Positions 20,197 to 32,475 of a stretch of 64,000 bases of DNA are shown here, piece by piece. The notes under the pieces were generated by a model. It ran no database searches, was not told the origin of the DNA, and worked only from the letters and a program-made list of their open reading frames with translations. Source of the stretch: Myxococcota bacterium. Lineage in GTDB: Bacteria > Myxococcota_A > Polyangia > Nannocystales > Nannocystaceae. The DNA is taken from positions 32,001 through 96,000 of the forward strand of contig JBCCWC010000005.1 of NCBI GenBank assembly GCA_039194325.1, in the 5' to 3' direction. Numbering within the stretch: position 1 is the first letter of the stretch; every line of letters begins with the position of its first letter. Position numbers and translations under genes: made by a program.

Positions 20197-20546
20197 GGTG
20201 CCCTCGGTGACCTTCCAAGCACGTTGGGTCGTTCGGGTCCAAAAATCAGCGAAACCCTGGTCGTACCGTCGCGCGATCGCGCGGGCGACGTTTTGCTTGG
20301 CTCCCCACGCCGATCCGGCGTGGTGGGTGTGTCCCGATGATCGCGGGGTACGCAAACCGGTCATCCGAGTGGCTCGGATCGGACACTCCGGAGGCAGACA
20401 CGCCGGCATCAGTGGTCATCTACGATTGACATCGTGTCATGCGCACTGTCCGCAGTCGTTGAACTCCCTACGCTAACTCCCAAGATCTCTTGGATCCACG
20501 AATTGAGCAGGAACAGGCACGAAGCTTGCTCAGTAGTGAGTCGACC

Positions 20547-21860
<1,314 letters not shown>

Positions 21861-21894
21861 GCCTCGGCCTCTCTGTTCTTACCCTTCGCTGGCC

Positions 21895-22248
21895 TTACCC
21901 TTCGCTGGGAGCCCACACCGCCAGCTCGTTCCCGCTGGGATCGGCGAAGTGAAAGCGTTGGCCTCCGGGAAACGAGAACGGCTCCTTGACGATCGTCCCG
22001 CCCGCGCGCTTGACCGCATCGACGCTGCCTTCCAGATCCTCGGAGAAGAGGATCACCAGCGGCCCTCCTCGCGTCACCTCCTCGACGCGAGCGAGTCCCC
22101 CGACCTCACGCTGTGGCCCCTGGATCCCCGCATAGCCGGGACCGTAGTCGTTGAACGACCAGCCGAAGGCTTCCGCATAGAACCGCTTGGCCGCGTCGAG
22201 ATCCGTGACCGAGAGCTCGATATAGTCGATCGCGTGGTGGGTATGCAC
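21895..22248 (-). CDS. VOC/glyoxalase-family protein
   Basis: IDYIEL..AKRFY..FGW..FPGGQRFHFADPSGNELAVW. Confidence 0.92.
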   Translation of the reverse strand: MHTHHAIDYIELSVTDLDAAKRFYAEAFGWSFNDYGPGYAGIQGPQREVGGLARVEEVTRGGPLVILFSEDLEGSVDAVKRAGGTIVKEPFSFPGGQRFHFADPSGNELAVWAPSEG

Positions 22249-22418
22249 GCTCGGACCATGCCACAGGCGCGCGAATCGACTACGGGACGACGGGTCCCCC
22301 ATCGCGCCGCTGAAGAGCAACCCCCGCCCGATTTGTGTCTTGGGTCACAGTCATGATGACCCTGGATCATGTCCCGCGCCGATCGGGGGCGAATTTAGCG
22401 CATCTATACCTATACCTC

Positions 22419-22479
22419 GCCTCGGTTTGGCCTCGGTTTGGCCTCGGTTTGGCCTCGGTTTGGCCTCGGTTTGGCCTCG
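22419..22479. repeat. 11-bp tandem repeat GCCTCGGTTTG x5.5
   Basis: Perfect copies with no spacers, intergenic. Confidence 0.95.
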
Positions 22480-22616
22480 AACCCGCGACGCCCGACCCGC
22501 GACACCATCCATCGGCTGGCCTCCATCGCGCGACCAGGGAGCCATTGGGCCCACCCAGAGCACGGTTCGAGCGCAAAAGAGGCCCTTTTCGCACGTAGCG
22601 GTTCTGTGACAAGGGC

Positions 22617-22664
22617 CCAAAACCGCGAAGGGGGCACGACGCCCATTCGCCGTGCCCCCTCGCG
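22617..22664 (-). terminator. Rho-independent terminator of nrdJ
   Basis: Minus strand CGCGAGGGGGCACGGCG-loop-CGTCGTGCCCCCTTCGCG followed by GTTTT, about 35 nt after the stop codon. Confidence 0.75.
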
Positions 22665-22697
22665 AGTTGCCGATTCTCTGTAACTCGTACCTTTAGG

Positions 22698-25600
22698 TTA
22701 GCTGCACCCGGAGGTTGCGCCACAAGTGTTGCACTTGAGACATGACCCGTTCCGGACCATGGTGAAACTCTGACAGCTGGGGCACATATCCCCTGTGTAG
22801 CCCTGCGCGCGGGCCTTGGACACCTCTGCGCTGAGGTTGGCCGCGGCCTTCATCTGTTCGCGCCGCTCGGTCTTGCGCCCGTTGCCTCCATTGGCTGGCG
22901 CGACCTCGGCCGCCGCCTGGGTGCGATCTTCGAACTCGATGGTGTTCTTCTTGCGGTCGGCTTCGAGGACCACGGAGCTCGGCGGGGCCACCGCCAGCTT
23001 GAGAGGGCCAGGAGTGACCACACGCTCCTCGAGCACCTCCTCGGTCTCGTGCACCTCGACCACCCGCTCGTCCACGACTTCCTCGTCGCCGTAGTCCACG
23101 CCTCGCTCCATGTTGTCGTCACGCCCGGTGGTGTCGGGCGCGAGATCGTCGGGGGGGACGTGGGCCAGATCGTGACGACCCAGGTAGCTGATGGCCAGCT
23201 CGCGGAAGATGTAGTCGATGATGCTCGTCGACATCTTGATGTGCGGATGACCTTGCACCGGACCGTTGGGCTCGAAGCGCGTGAAGGTGAAGGCCTCCAC
23301 GTACTCTTCGAGCGGCACGCCGTACTGCATGCCGAGGCTGATGGCAATCGCAAAGCAGTTCATCAAGCTGCGGAAGGCGGCGCCTTCCTTGTGCATGTCG
23401 ATGAAGATCTCGCCGAGCGAGCCATCCGAGTACTCGCCGGTGTGAATATAGACCTTGTGGCCCCCGATCGTGGCCTTTTGGGTATAGCCACCTCGACGAT
23501 CGGGCATCTTGCGGCGCTTGGCAAGGTACCGATAGACCATCTTCTCGGAGATCTTCTCAACCACCCGAGGTCGCGTGGTCGCCGCCGCCACGGGGACTTC
23601 GTCGACGACCTCGTCCTCCATGTCGTCTTCGAGCTCGCCGAGCAGGGCGGCCGACAGGGGCTGGCTGAGCTTGGAGCCGTCGCGATAGAGCGCAATCGCC
23701 TTGAGCGCCAGCTTCCACGATTGCATGTAGACCTCTTCGACCTCCTCGACCGTCGCCTCGCCGGGCATGTTGATGGTCTTGGAGATCGCGCCCGAGAGGA
23801 ACGGCTGGGCCGCCGCCATCATGTAGACATGGGCCATGGGCGCGATGAAGCGCCGACCATAGCGACCACACTTGTTGGCACAGTCGAAGGCGGGCAGATG
23901 CTCGACCTCGAGGTGGGGCGCCCCCTCGAGGGTCATGGTACCGCACACATGATCATTGGCGATCCGCACGTCCTCGGCGCTAAAGCCCAGCGCCGAGAGC
24001 ATGTCGAAGGTGGGATCGGCCAGCTGCTGCTCGGAAAAGCCCAGCACCGTGGTGCAGAACTCGTCCCCGAGGATCCAGCGGTTGAATACGAACCCGATCT
24101 CGAACGCCTGGGGCAGCTCCTTTTCGAGCTTGGCGATGAGCTCCTCGGTGAACCCCTTGGCCTTGAGCTGGGCATGGGTGATCCGCGGGCTGCCCACGAG
24201 GCTGCCGGCGCCCCGGCAGTACCGCACGATGTCGTCGATCTGCACCGCGTCGTAGCCCAGGCCGCGGAGCGCCCGAGGCACGGACTGGTTGATGATCTTG
24301 AAGTACCCGCCGCCGGCGAGCTTCTTGAACTTGACCAGCGCGAAGTCGGGCTCGATGCCGGTCGTGTCGCAGTCCATCAATAGCCCGATGGTGCCAGTCG
24401 GCGCGATCACGGTGACCTGCGCGTTGCGGTAGCCGTGGGCCTGGCCGCGGGTGAGCGCGTCGTCCCAGGCCGTGCGCGCGGCCCCGAGCAGGTACTCGGG
24501 GCAGGCATTGGCGTCGATGCCCATGGGGGTGACGGCCAGGCCTTCGTAGTCGCTCGCCGGCGCGGCGTAGGCCGCTCGCCGGTGGTTGCGGATCACCCGC
24601 AGCATGCTGTCGGCGTTGCGCTCGTAGCCGGGGAAGGTCCCCAGCTCGGACGCGAGCTCGGCCGAGGTCGCGTAGCACACCCCGGTCATCAGGGCGGTGA
24701 TTGCCCCGCAGATCGCGACCGCCCGCGGCGAGTCGTAGGGCAGGCCCGAGACCATGAAGTAGGTGCCGAGGTTGGCGTAGCCCAGCCCCAGGGTGCGATA
24801 GCGATACGACAGCTCGGCGATCGTCTTGGAGGGGAACTGAGCCATCAGCACGGAGATCTCGAGCGCGATCGTCCAGATCCGGCAGGCGTGCTGCACGGCC
24901 TCGATGTCGATCGAGCCGTCGGTGCCCACGTACTTCATGAGGTTGAGCGACGCCAGGTTGCAGGCCGTGTCGTCGAGGAACATGTACTCGGAGCACGGGT
25001 TGCTGGCGTTGATCCGCCCCGAGGCGGGGCAGGTGTGCCACTCGTTGATGGTGGTGTCGAACTGGAGGCCGGGGTCGGCGCAGCTCCAGGCCCCGAACGC
25101 GATCTTGTTCCATAGATCGCGCGCCGGCAGGGTCTTGGACACCGACCCGCCGACCCGGCGGGTCAGCTTCCACTCCGCGTCGCTCTCCACCGCCTCGAGG
25201 AAGGCATTGGACAGGCGCACCGAGTTGTTGGAGTTCTGGCCGGCGACCGTGCCGTAGGCATCGGAGTCCCAGCCGGTGTCGTACTCGTCGAACTCGATGG
25301 CGGTCACGCCTTGCCGACCGAGCTGGAGCGAGCGCTGAATGTAGTTCTCGGGCACGTGGGCCCGGCGAGCGTTGCGGATGGCGGTGCGTAGCGCTCGGTT
25401 GTGCTTGGGGTCGAAGCGCTGCGATGGGTCCAGATCGCCAGACGGCGAAGGGGCCCCATGGGCCGCGTGCAACACCGCGTTGAGGTGCTCGTTGCACGCC
25501 TTGGAGCCAGCCACCAGCGCGGCGACCTTTTGCTCCTCGACCACCTTCCAGTCGATGAACTTCTCGACGTCGGGGTGGTCGATGTCGACCACGACCATCT

Positions 25601-26435
25601 TGGCCGCGCGCCGGGTGGTGCCGCCGCTCTTGATCGCGCCCGCGGCCCGGTCGCCGATCCGCAAGAAGCTCATCAAGCCGCTGCTGCGACCGCCGCCGGA
25701 CAGCGGCTCTCCCTCGGCGCGGATGTTGGAGAAGTTGGTGCCGGTCCCCGATCCATATTTGAACAGCCGCGCTTCACGGACCCACAGATCCATGATGCCG
25801 CCGTCGGAGACCAGGTCGTCCCCCACCGACTGGATGAAGCAGGCGTGGGGCTGCGGGCGGGTGTAGGCGTCGGACGAGCGACGCACGCGGCCGGTCTGCG
25901 GCTCGCAGTAGTAGTGCCCCTGCGCCGGCCCGGTGATGCCATAGGCCCAGTTGAGCCCGGTGTTGAACCACTGCGGGCTGTTGGGCGCCGCCATCTGGGT
26001 GGCGAGCATGTAGAGCATCTCGTCGCGGAAGGCTCGGGCCGAGTCCTCGTCGCTGAAGTAGCCGTGGCGCCAGCCCCAGTAGGTCCAGCAGCCCGCCAGG
26101 CGCTCGAAGACCTCGCGGCTGTCCTGCTCGCCGCGCGTGCGCTGATCCTCGGACAGCTCGGCGAGCTCCTCGTCGTCGGCCTCGCTACGCCACAGCCACT
26201 CGGGCACGTCGGGCTCGGGCACTCGACGCAGGCGCGTGGGCACGCCGGCCTTGCGGAAGTACTTCTGCGCCAAGATGTCGACGGCGACCTGAGACCACCC
26301 CTTGGGAACCGCGATGTCCTTGGCCTCGAACACCACCGAACCATTCGGGTTGGCGATGCGGGAGCTGCGGTTCTCGAACTCGATACCGTCGAAGGGTCGA
26401 GTGTGATCAGAGGTGAAGAGGCGGGCGACCTTCAT
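22698..26435 (-). CDS. nrdJ: Adenosylcobalamin-dependent (class II) ribonucleotide reductase
   Basis: [61 protein letters not shown]-like domain and C-terminal CxxC..CxxCG.TSGCS. Confidence 0.97.
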   Translation of the reverse strand: MKVARLFTSDHTRPFDGIEFENRSSRIANPNGSVVFEAKDIAVPKGWSQVAVDILAQKYFRKAGVPTRLRRVPEPDVPEWLWRSEADDEELAELSEDQRTRGEQDSREVFERLAGCWTYWGWRHGYFSDEDSARAFRDEMLYMLATQMAAPNSPQWFNTGLNWAYGITGPAQGHYYCEPQTGRVRRSSDAYTRPQPHACFIQSVGDDLVSDGGIMDLWVREARLFKYGSGTGTNFSNIRAEGEPLSGGGRSSGLMSFLRIGDRAAGAIKSGGTTRRAAKMVVVDIDHPDVEKFIDWKVVEEQKVAALVAGSKACNEHLNAVLHAAHGAPSPSGDLDPSQRFDPKHNRALRTAIRNARRAHVPENYIQRSLQLGRQGVTAIEFDEYDTGWDSDAYGTVAGQNSNNSVRLSNAFLEAVESDAEWKLTRRVGGSVSKTLPARDLWNKIAFGAWSCADPGLQFDTTINEWHTCPASGRINASNPCSEYMFLDDTACNLASLNLMKYVGTDGSIDIEAVQHACRIWTIALEISVLMAQFPSKTIAELSYRYRTLGLGYANLGTYFMVSGLPYDSPRAVAICGAITALMTGVCYATSAELASELGTFPGYERNADSMLRVIRNHRRAAYAAPASDYEGLAVTPMGIDANACPEYLLGAARTAWDDALTRGQAHGYRNAQVTVIAPTGTIGLLMDCDTTGIEPDFALVKFKKLAGGGYFKIINQSVPRALRGLGYDAVQIDDIVRYCRGAGSLVGSPRITHAQLKAKGFTEELIAKLEKELPQAFEIGFVFNRWILGDEFCTTVLGFSEQQLADPTFDMLSALGFSAEDVRIANDHVCGTMTLEGAPHLEVEHLPAFDCANKCGRYGRRFIAPMAHVYMMAAAQPFLSGAISKTINMPGEATVEEVEEVYMQSWKLALKAIALYRDGSKLSQPLSAALLGELEDDMEDEVVDEVPVAAATTRPRVVEKISEKMVYRYLAKRRKMPDRRGGYTQKATIGGHKVYIHTGEYSDGSLGEIFIDMHKEGAAFRSLMNCFAIAISLGMQYGVPLEEYVEAFTFTRFEPNGPVQGHPHIKMSTSIIDYIFRELAISYLGRHDLAHVPPDDLAPDTTGRDDNMERGVDYGDEEVVDERVVEVHETEEVLEERVVTPGPLKLAVAPPSSVVLEADRKKNTIEFEDRTQAAAEVAPANGGNGRKTERREQMKAAANLSAEVSKARAQGYTGDMCPSCQSFTMVRNGSCLKCNTCGATSGCS

Positions 26436-26792
26436 GGGGGGTGAGTGCTCCGAAGACGATGACCAAAGAGTGCGAACGAGGTGAGCGCGGTAGAAGAAAA
26501 GAGCGGGAGCGTAGGAGCACGACTGGGGAGCGGGACCCTGGCGGGCACCGCTCGAGCCTGGGACGGCGAGTCTGGAATTCTCTGAACAAAAGACCAGCTT
26601 CGGATGACCTGTGCTCCAAAAGAGCACGAGGGCACCGTCGCCCTACCGAACGAGGGTGGGGGCACCGATCGATCGGTTTGTTCGCCGTGGTCGGCCTTGT
26701 CGTCTCGTAGTCCTGGATTTTGCCGAGCAGACTGGGGTGAGGCTCGGCTGGGGGTGGGTACCGAACTCCGGGTCTCCCTGGAGTCGCGCTAC

Positions 26793-26839
26793 CCCCAACC
26801 CGTTGGGTTGGAGCACCTATAAACCACAACATATGGGGG
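26793..26839. promoter_or_regulatory. Tandem NrdR boxes
   Basis: CCACAACATATGGGGG (26824-26839, good match to acaCwAtATaTwGtgt) and CCCCAACCCGTTGGGT (26793-26808, weaker), starts 31 bp apart, upstream of nrdJ. Confidence 0.75.
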
Positions 26840-26873
26840 CACGCAAGAAGTCGACACACCGAGGGCCCTGAAT

Positions 26874-26939
26874 TGGTCCACAATACCGGCCCGTGGGCCG
26901 GTCCCTCTCATCCCCAAGTCATCCACAGGGTTGTCCCCA
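26874..26939 (+). promoter_or_regulatory. Cluster of DnaA-box-like 9-mers
   Basis: TGGTCCACA 26874, TCATCCCCA 26908, TCATCCACA 26919, TTGTCCCCA 26931; 1-2 mismatches to TTATCCACA/TTGTCCACA. Confidence 0.5.
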
Positions 26940-27427
26940 GTCTTTGTCACGGAATGACGTCATCCGTGGAGACCGTGCGGACTGCGCAATTCGGGCCGGA
27001 CGGTCCCCGATCGCTGTCCCCTGGACCCGGCCAGAACCGTGCCATCCGTTCGACGCAGGCGCACCCACTTCGGCCTACCTGCGCGATTTTGAACGAGTAT
27101 TCCCCATTCCATCCCCAAGCGGGAGATCTCCTCCCGACCCAACTCACCGTCGAGGGGGGTGAGGAGATCTCCTCTTGTGTCGTTCCTGTGACATGCCAAA
27201 AACGAGGCGATTGCGCGGCCCAGGTCACTGGCACTTGCACCTCCCCAGGTCGATGCCTCATGCTCTTGGGCGGGTCGACCCGCGGGGGCTCGATGCGTCG
27301 TAGGTTGGTACGACGCTCCCGTCCTCATCGCCGACCCAGGCCTACGAGCAGCTCGTCTCCCCCGCCGTGCGAGGCAGGATGCACCCGCACGAGGAATGGA
27401 CGAGATCAACGCCCAGCGAGAATCTCG

Positions 27428-27952
27428 ATGCCCAAGGACGCGAGCGCGATCTTTCAGTCTTCGGCCCCCAGCTACGACGAACTCGAACGTCTGAGCGCGT
27501 TGGAGACCCTCAAGGGGCTACGCAGCCCAGAGACGGTCAGCCTCGGTGATCTGGTCGGCTACCTCGACTCCCGAGGCCTTTGGGCCCAGTTCGCCAAGAT
27601 CACCCTCGGCGATCTGCGCGACGCCTTCGCGGCGCCGCCAGCTGAGGCCGAGGCCAACGGTCGCCGCCGCAAACGCAGGATCCTCGAAGACGAGCTCGAG
27701 GACGCCTACGCCCAAAAGGCAGAAAAAGAGGCCAAGGCCAAGGCCCCCGACGACGGCGGCATCGACACCGACGAGTTCGCCCGCCTGGTGATGCCCTTTG
27801 TCGAGGGCAACGGCGACGTGACCCTCGACGACATCGAGGACTACAGCCGCCTCGACCGCAAGGTCCTGCGCCATCACCTGTCGGCGCTGGTCAAGGAAGG
27901 GCGGCTAGAGCGGATCGGCGTGGGGCGACACGCGGTCTACTCGGCGCTCTAA
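27428..27952 (+). CDS. Small protein with C-terminal winged-helix DNA-binding domain
   Basis: VTLDDIEDYSRLDRKVLRHHLSALVKEGRLERIGVGRHAVY; strongly biased codon usage. Confidence 0.75.
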   Translation: MPKDASAIFQSSAPSYDELERLSALETLKGLRSPETVSLGDLVGYLDSRGLWAQFAKITLGDLRDAFAAPPAEAEANGRRRKRRILEDELEDAYAQKAEKEAKAKAPDDGGIDTDEFARLVMPFVEGNGDVTLDDIEDYSRLDRKVLRHHLSALVKEGRLERIGVGRHAVYSAL

Positions 27953-27962
27953 GCCAAAACGC

Positions 27963-29375
27963 TCACGGGCGACTCGACGCAGGCGCACGGACGAGCGCAG
28001 ACAACGAGTGACCGCAAGCCACGCCCGCTTGCACGCCCGAGGTCACGCTCGGGATCATCGATACACCCCCCGCGACCCCCGGCGGCGCTTGGTCGCCCCC
28101 GTACGCCCGAGCACGATAGAGCGGCGAACCCCACAGCACGCGCTGCTGCTGCGCAGAAACCACCAATCCCGCTCCACCGGTCGTCTGATAGAAGGCGGGG
28201 AACATCAGGTTGTCGGCATCCGGGCAGTCGCCGAGGGCGCGGACGTCGATCCCAGGACAGGTCGGCGTATCGGCGAGATGGTCGACATAGCTCCCGTCGA
28301 TCGAGGTCGTGTGCAGCAGACCGATGTAGTGCCCGAGTTCGTGGAGCAGAGTCAGCGCGTCGGCCACCGGATCGTGAACGTCCTGCATGGCCATCCCGAT
28401 GGCCGACGCTCGATGCCCAGTGACGATGGGAACCCCCGGAGCCCCGGGCGAGATGCCCCAGACCGACACGCCCTCGAAGGGCTCGATGTGCTGGGTCAAC
28501 AGGACGTGCAGCGCCTGCACAGCGGGAAGCCCCTGGGTCTGCTCGATGGCCTCGTTGAGCATGTCGGTTCCGTAGATCTCCAGGTAGGCCCCATCGAGCA
28601 CGTGATACTGGATCTCGCCGAGGCTCAGGCCGAACGATTCCTCCAGGGCGAGGCCAAAGGCGTCGACCCGAGCCGCGATCGCATCGTCGTCGGCCGCGGT
28701 CTGGGCGCTGACCTCATGCCGCGGGGAAGGCCCCTGGATCATCAGCCCCTCGGCGATGTGAAGGTGGAGGTCGAGCACGCCCCCGTGGAAATCACCGGTG
28801 GAGGTTCGCTGGATCTGGACCAAGGCGGTGGCCTCGGGATCGGTGATCGCAAAACGGGCCCGCCACGTCCCCTCGAAGACCGGAACCTCGCCTTCGATGA
28901 AGCCCTGCGGCACGGCGGTCGCCGCGATGCCGTCATACCCCAGACCCGAAGGAACCAGGCCCCCCGCCGGGGTGAACGCGTCGAGTACGAACTCGCCGGC
29001 GGGGCTCACGAGCTGCATCGGTCCGAATTGCCCGTCCCCGACCCCCTCCTCGTGGTTGAACAGCGCGACGGCAAAGCCGATCGCGCCGGCGGGGACGTCG
29101 AACTCCACCTCACCATCGCCCCCGAGGTCGTCGAGCTCGAGGATGACCGGCTCGAGGAACTCGGGCCCGGGCTCACCGGGATCCCCGGTGCTCGATCCGC
29201 CCGTCGATGGCTCGACCTCAGTGACGGTCCCGTCGACATCGTCACCCACGGCGGCGTGATCGGCCGTGCCCGAGCTGTCGGTGCCCGAGCCTTCAGCGCC
29301 CGCGCCACTCGACGACTGCTCCGCGGGACGACATGCAATCGAGAGCAAAAGCCCAACAAGAGCTGTTAACCTCAC
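27963..29375 (-). CDS. Lipoprotein zinc metalloprotease (metzincin-like)
   Basis: LLLSIAC lipobox; HELGHYIGLLH zinc motif; NLM Met-turn. Confidence 0.8.
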   Translation of the reverse strand: MRLTALVGLLLSIACRPAEQSSSGAGAEGSGTDSSGTADHAAVGDDVDGTVTEVEPSTGGSSTGDPGEPGPEFLEPVILELDDLGGDGEVEFDVPAGAIGFAVALFNHEEGVGDGQFGPMQLVSPAGEFVLDAFTPAGGLVPSGLGYDGIAATAVPQGFIEGEVPVFEGTWRARFAITDPEATALVQIQRTSTGDFHGGVLDLHLHIAEGLMIQGPSPRHEVSAQTAADDDAIAARVDAFGLALEESFGLSLGEIQYHVLDGAYLEIYGTDMLNEAIEQTQGLPAVQALHVLLTQHIEPFEGVSVWGISPGAPGVPIVTGHRASAIGMAMQDVHDPVADALTLLHELGHYIGLLHTTSIDGSYVDHLADTPTCPGIDVRALGDCPDADNLMFPAFYQTTGGAGLVVSAQQQRVLWGSPLYRARAYGGDQAPPGVAGGVSMIPSVTSGVQAGVACGHSLSALVRAPASSRP

Positions 29376-29485
29376 AATACGACTATGCCATGATGGCGGG
29401 CGCCTTTCACCACGAAAACTTCTAAAACGCACATCGAGACGCGCGCGAATGACGGTGGAATGCGCGGTCGTGGGCGAGCTCGATC

Positions 29486-32344
29486 CTAGCGACGACGGCG
29501 CTGGACCAGGGCGGTGATCGTGGGCAGCACCAACAACGCGGCGGAGGACGCGAGCACGATGCCGAGCACGGCGAGGCTGCCGATCCCCCGCACGCCGCCC
29601 GAGTCGGCCACCATGAAGGCGGCAAAGCCCACCGCGGTGGTGGCCGTGGCGGCGAGGATCGCCCCGCCCGTCTCCTGCAGAGCGCTGGCGAGGCCTTCGT
29701 AGGTGGGCTCGGAGCGACGGATCCGGTCGGTCAGGTAGACCCCGTTGTCGACCCCGATCCCCAAGATCGCGGGCAGGATCGGCAGGTTGAACAGGGTGAA
29801 GCGCAGGTCGATCGAGCCCAGCACGCCCAATAGCCACCACATGGCGAGCAACAGAGGCACCAGGGTCATCAGCATCAGCGGGATCGAGCGCAGCTGCCAG
29901 AAGACGAGCAGCCCGATGAGCGCCATGGCCATGAGCAGCACGACCGGCGCCTCCTCGCTCAGCATCAGGAACATCGCCGCATAGACGACCGCCTCGCCCA
30001 CGAAGTTGAGCTCGGTGTCGTCGACGAAGGACGAGGTCTCCTCCATGAAGGCGATGCCCTTCTCCATGTCGGCGACGTCGAAATTAGGGTAGGCGAACAG
30101 GCCATAGGAGCCGTCGGATGAGCGGACCTTGTCCAGCAGCAGCGGCGGTAGGTCATCGATCGTGAAGGGCTGGGCGTCGAACATGTCCAGCAACAACGCG
30201 GCGTCCTGCTCGGTCAGCTCCTCGGCATCCGGATCGGCCTCCGGCGAACCGGACGATGATCCGGTCGTCGGCTCTTCGACCGTCGCCGAGCCGTCCTGCT
30301 TGCCCTCGCCCTCGTCGCCCTCGCCCGGCTCTGGGTCGCTACCGTCCCAGTCGTCCCAGTCGTCGTCGTCTCGCACCAACCCAGGCGCAGCCTCGTCACT
30401 ACCGTCCCATTGGTCCCAGTCGTCTTCGTCCCGAACCAGCCCGGGCGGCGAAGCAGCACCCTCGGGCCCCGGAGCCGAGCTGTCTGGCCCGTCGCCCTCG
30501 TTTAGCCCGTCTCCCTCGTTTGGCTCGTCTCCCTCGTTTGGCCCGTCTCCCTCGTTTGGCCCGTCTCCCTCGTTTGGCCCGTCTCCCCAGTCGTCCCAGC
30601 CGTCGTCGTCCTCGCCTGGGGTGGGTGTACGTGGCGCTCGCCCGGCTCGCTCGCGCAGCTGGTCGAGCAACTCGCCGTGCTCGGCCTTGAACCCGCGGAT
30701 CCACCGCGCACGCGCCTGCATGTCCAGCTGGGGATCGGGCAGCAGATCGGGCGCCCCGAACAGCTCGGCCACCGTGGACTCCTCACCGCGCTGCGCATGC
30801 CGCTGTCGGGCCAGCGCCAGCGTTGCCCCCGCCTCTTCGAGGGTGGGCCGTACCAGCACGCTGGCGTGGATGTCCTTGCCGAAGACCTCGGAGATCAGCC
30901 GGGCGTCGGACTCGGTGTTCTCGCGGGCATGATCGGACTGAAGCTTGCGGCTGTTGTACTCGAACCGCACGTCGCGAGCACCCAGCACGGCGATCACGCT
31001 GGCCACGGTGAGCCCGATGAACAACAAGCCCGGACGAGCGAGCACCAGCCGGGTGGCCATGCTGTGCTCGGAGAGCGGTCGCCGAGGCCGGTGCTTCTTG
31101 ATCCCGACCAGGTAACAAAGCGCCGGCAGCACGGTGACCATGCTCAGCAGGCACAGGGCCACGCCCATGGCCGCGATGATCCCGAACTCGTGAAAGGCGG
31201 GGAAATCAGAGCTGGCCATGCTGGAAAAGGCGCCGATCGTGGTGCTGGAGGCCACCAGCAAGGGCACGACCAGCCCGTCGAAGGCCCGACAGATCGCCTC
31301 CCCGTCGTCGTGCTCCAGCCGCGCCCGCCGAGCCCGACTGAAGAAATGGATCCCCGCGTCGATCCCCACCCCCATCACCACGGTGGAGATCGTGCTGGTC
31401 ATGACGTTGAGATGACCCAGCACGAGCTGTGTGGCGGCTAGCGACCAGGTGACCCCGCACAAAAGCGGCACCAAGAGCACCAACACCGCCCGGTGTGAGC
31501 GAAACAAGAAGTAGAGGATCGCGACCACCCCCACAAAGGCGAACAGGCCGCTGCGCACCATGTCGCGCAAGATCGTGACCTGCTCGTCGGCCTTGACGAT
31601 GTAGGGCCCGATGATGTTGTAGGACATCCCGGTGCCCTGCCAGGCGCCATCGGGGCGCTCGAAGACCTCCTTGGCGATCTCGCGGACCCCGACGGTCACC
31701 TCCTTGAACACCCTGACCTGACTGGCGGACTCGTAGGGGTAGGCGAGCATCACCTCCACGTCGAGTCCCTCGCGCTCGTAACGATCGACAAAGCCGGTGC
31801 GCTCGCGGGCCCGCTCGCGCTTGTCCTCGATGAAGGCACGAAGAGCCCGCGGCGCCTCGGGGTCCGGCTCGGTCAGGCAGGCATCGGGCTCGGCGGTACA
31901 CAGCTGGTAGTGGGTCCAGGCATCGACACGCTGCCCAAGCTCGGCGAGCTCCGCCTCACTGAGGTAGTAGAGCGCGCGCTCGGCGAAGAACCCGCTGGGC
32001 AGGCCATGGTCGACCTCGCGAAACAAGGGATGGCCGGTGAGCTCGACCTCCAAGGCGTCGGTGAATGCATGGCGAGCCTCGGGCGTGCCGCCCTTGGCCA
32101 CGATGTTGACGCTGTTGGTGCTCCCAAAGGTGGTCTCGATCTGCTCGAGGCTTCGAACGACGGTATGGTCGGCCGGCAACAGCACGCGCAGATCACCGTT
32201 GACCTCCAACCGAGTGGCGAAGAAGCCCGCCACCACGGTCAACAAGAACGCCACGAGCAGAATGAAGCGATGGCGCAGCAAGACCCAGCGGATCCATCGG
32301 TCGCTCAGGGCCTGAGGACCGTGGAGTGGTTCCGGCTCCGCCAA
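29486..32344 (-). CDS. MMPL/RND-family transporter with long acidic insertion
   Basis: Two TM bundles; MGVGIDAGIH and LGIGVDNGVY motifs. Confidence 0.9.
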   Translation of the reverse strand: MAEPEPLHGPQALSDRWIRWVLLRHRFILLVAFLLTVVAGFFATRLEVNGDLRVLLPADHTVVRSLEQIETTFGSTNSVNIVAKGGTPEARHAFTDALEVELTGHPLFREVDHGLPSGFFAERALYYLSEAELAELGQRVDAWTHYQLCTAEPDACLTEPDPEAPRALRAFIEDKRERARERTGFVDRYEREGLDVEVMLAYPYESASQVRVFKEVTVGVREIAKEVFERPDGAWQGTGMSYNIIGPYIVKADEQVTILRDMVRSGLFAFVGVVAILYFLFRSHRAVLVLLVPLLCGVTWSLAATQLVLGHLNVMTSTISTVVMGVGIDAGIHFFSRARRARLEHDDGEAICRAFDGLVVPLLVASSTTIGAFSSMASSDFPAFHEFGIIAAMGVALCLLSMVTVLPALCYLVGIKKHRPRRPLSEHSMATRLVLARPGLLFIGLTVASVIAVLGARDVRFEYNSRKLQSDHARENTESDARLISEVFGKDIHASVLVRPTLEEAGATLALARQRHAQRGEESTVAELFGAPDLLPDPQLDMQARARWIRGFKAEHGELLDQLRERAGRAPRTPTPGEDDDGWDDWGDGPNEGDGPNEGDGPNEGDEPNEGDGLNEGDGPDSSAPGPEGAASPPGLVRDEDDWDQWDGSDEAAPGLVRDDDDWDDWDGSDPEPGEGDEGEGKQDGSATVEEPTTGSSSGSPEADPDAEELTEQDAALLLDMFDAQPFTIDDLPPLLLDKVRSSDGSYGLFAYPNFDVADMEKGIAFMEETSSFVDDTELNFVGEAVVYAAMFLMLSEEAPVVLLMAMALIGLLVFWQLRSIPLMLMTLVPLLLAMWWLLGVLGSIDLRFTLFNLPILPAILGIGVDNGVYLTDRIRRSEPTYEGLASALQETGGAILAATATTAVGFAAFMVADSGGVRGIGSLAVLGIVLASSAALLVLPTITALVQRRRR
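30486..30587. repeat. In-frame 18-bp tandem repeat (GDGPNE x5.5) within the MMPL gene
   Basis: CCGTCTCCCTCGTTTGGC units read directly. Confidence 0.92.
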
Positions 32345-32475
32345 AACGGCGCCAACCTTCGCACGAACACCCGTCCACGACCAGGAAGCCCTCTGCGCGC
32401 TATGCGCTCATCCTGTGCTCAGGACCAAGGGGCGCGCGAGGCGGGCGGAGCCGATCTCCGCCACCCGCGCAGCGC

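Noticed and set aside
22419..22479. CRISPR array
   Set aside because: 11-bp units are contiguous with no spacers and there are no cas genes
22698..26435. Intein in nrdJ
   Set aside because: No intein splice-junction or homing-endonuclease motifs seen; length fits long class II enzymes with a TSCPD-like C-terminus
26436..26800. Cobalamin riboswitch ahead of B12-dependent nrdJ
   Set aside because: I could not identify the conserved B12-box elements by eye; needs an Rfam scan
26874..26939. Replication origin (oriC)
   Set aside because: Only a few imperfect boxes, no AT-rich unwinding element and no dnaA/dnaN nearby; promoter regulation is the simpler explanation
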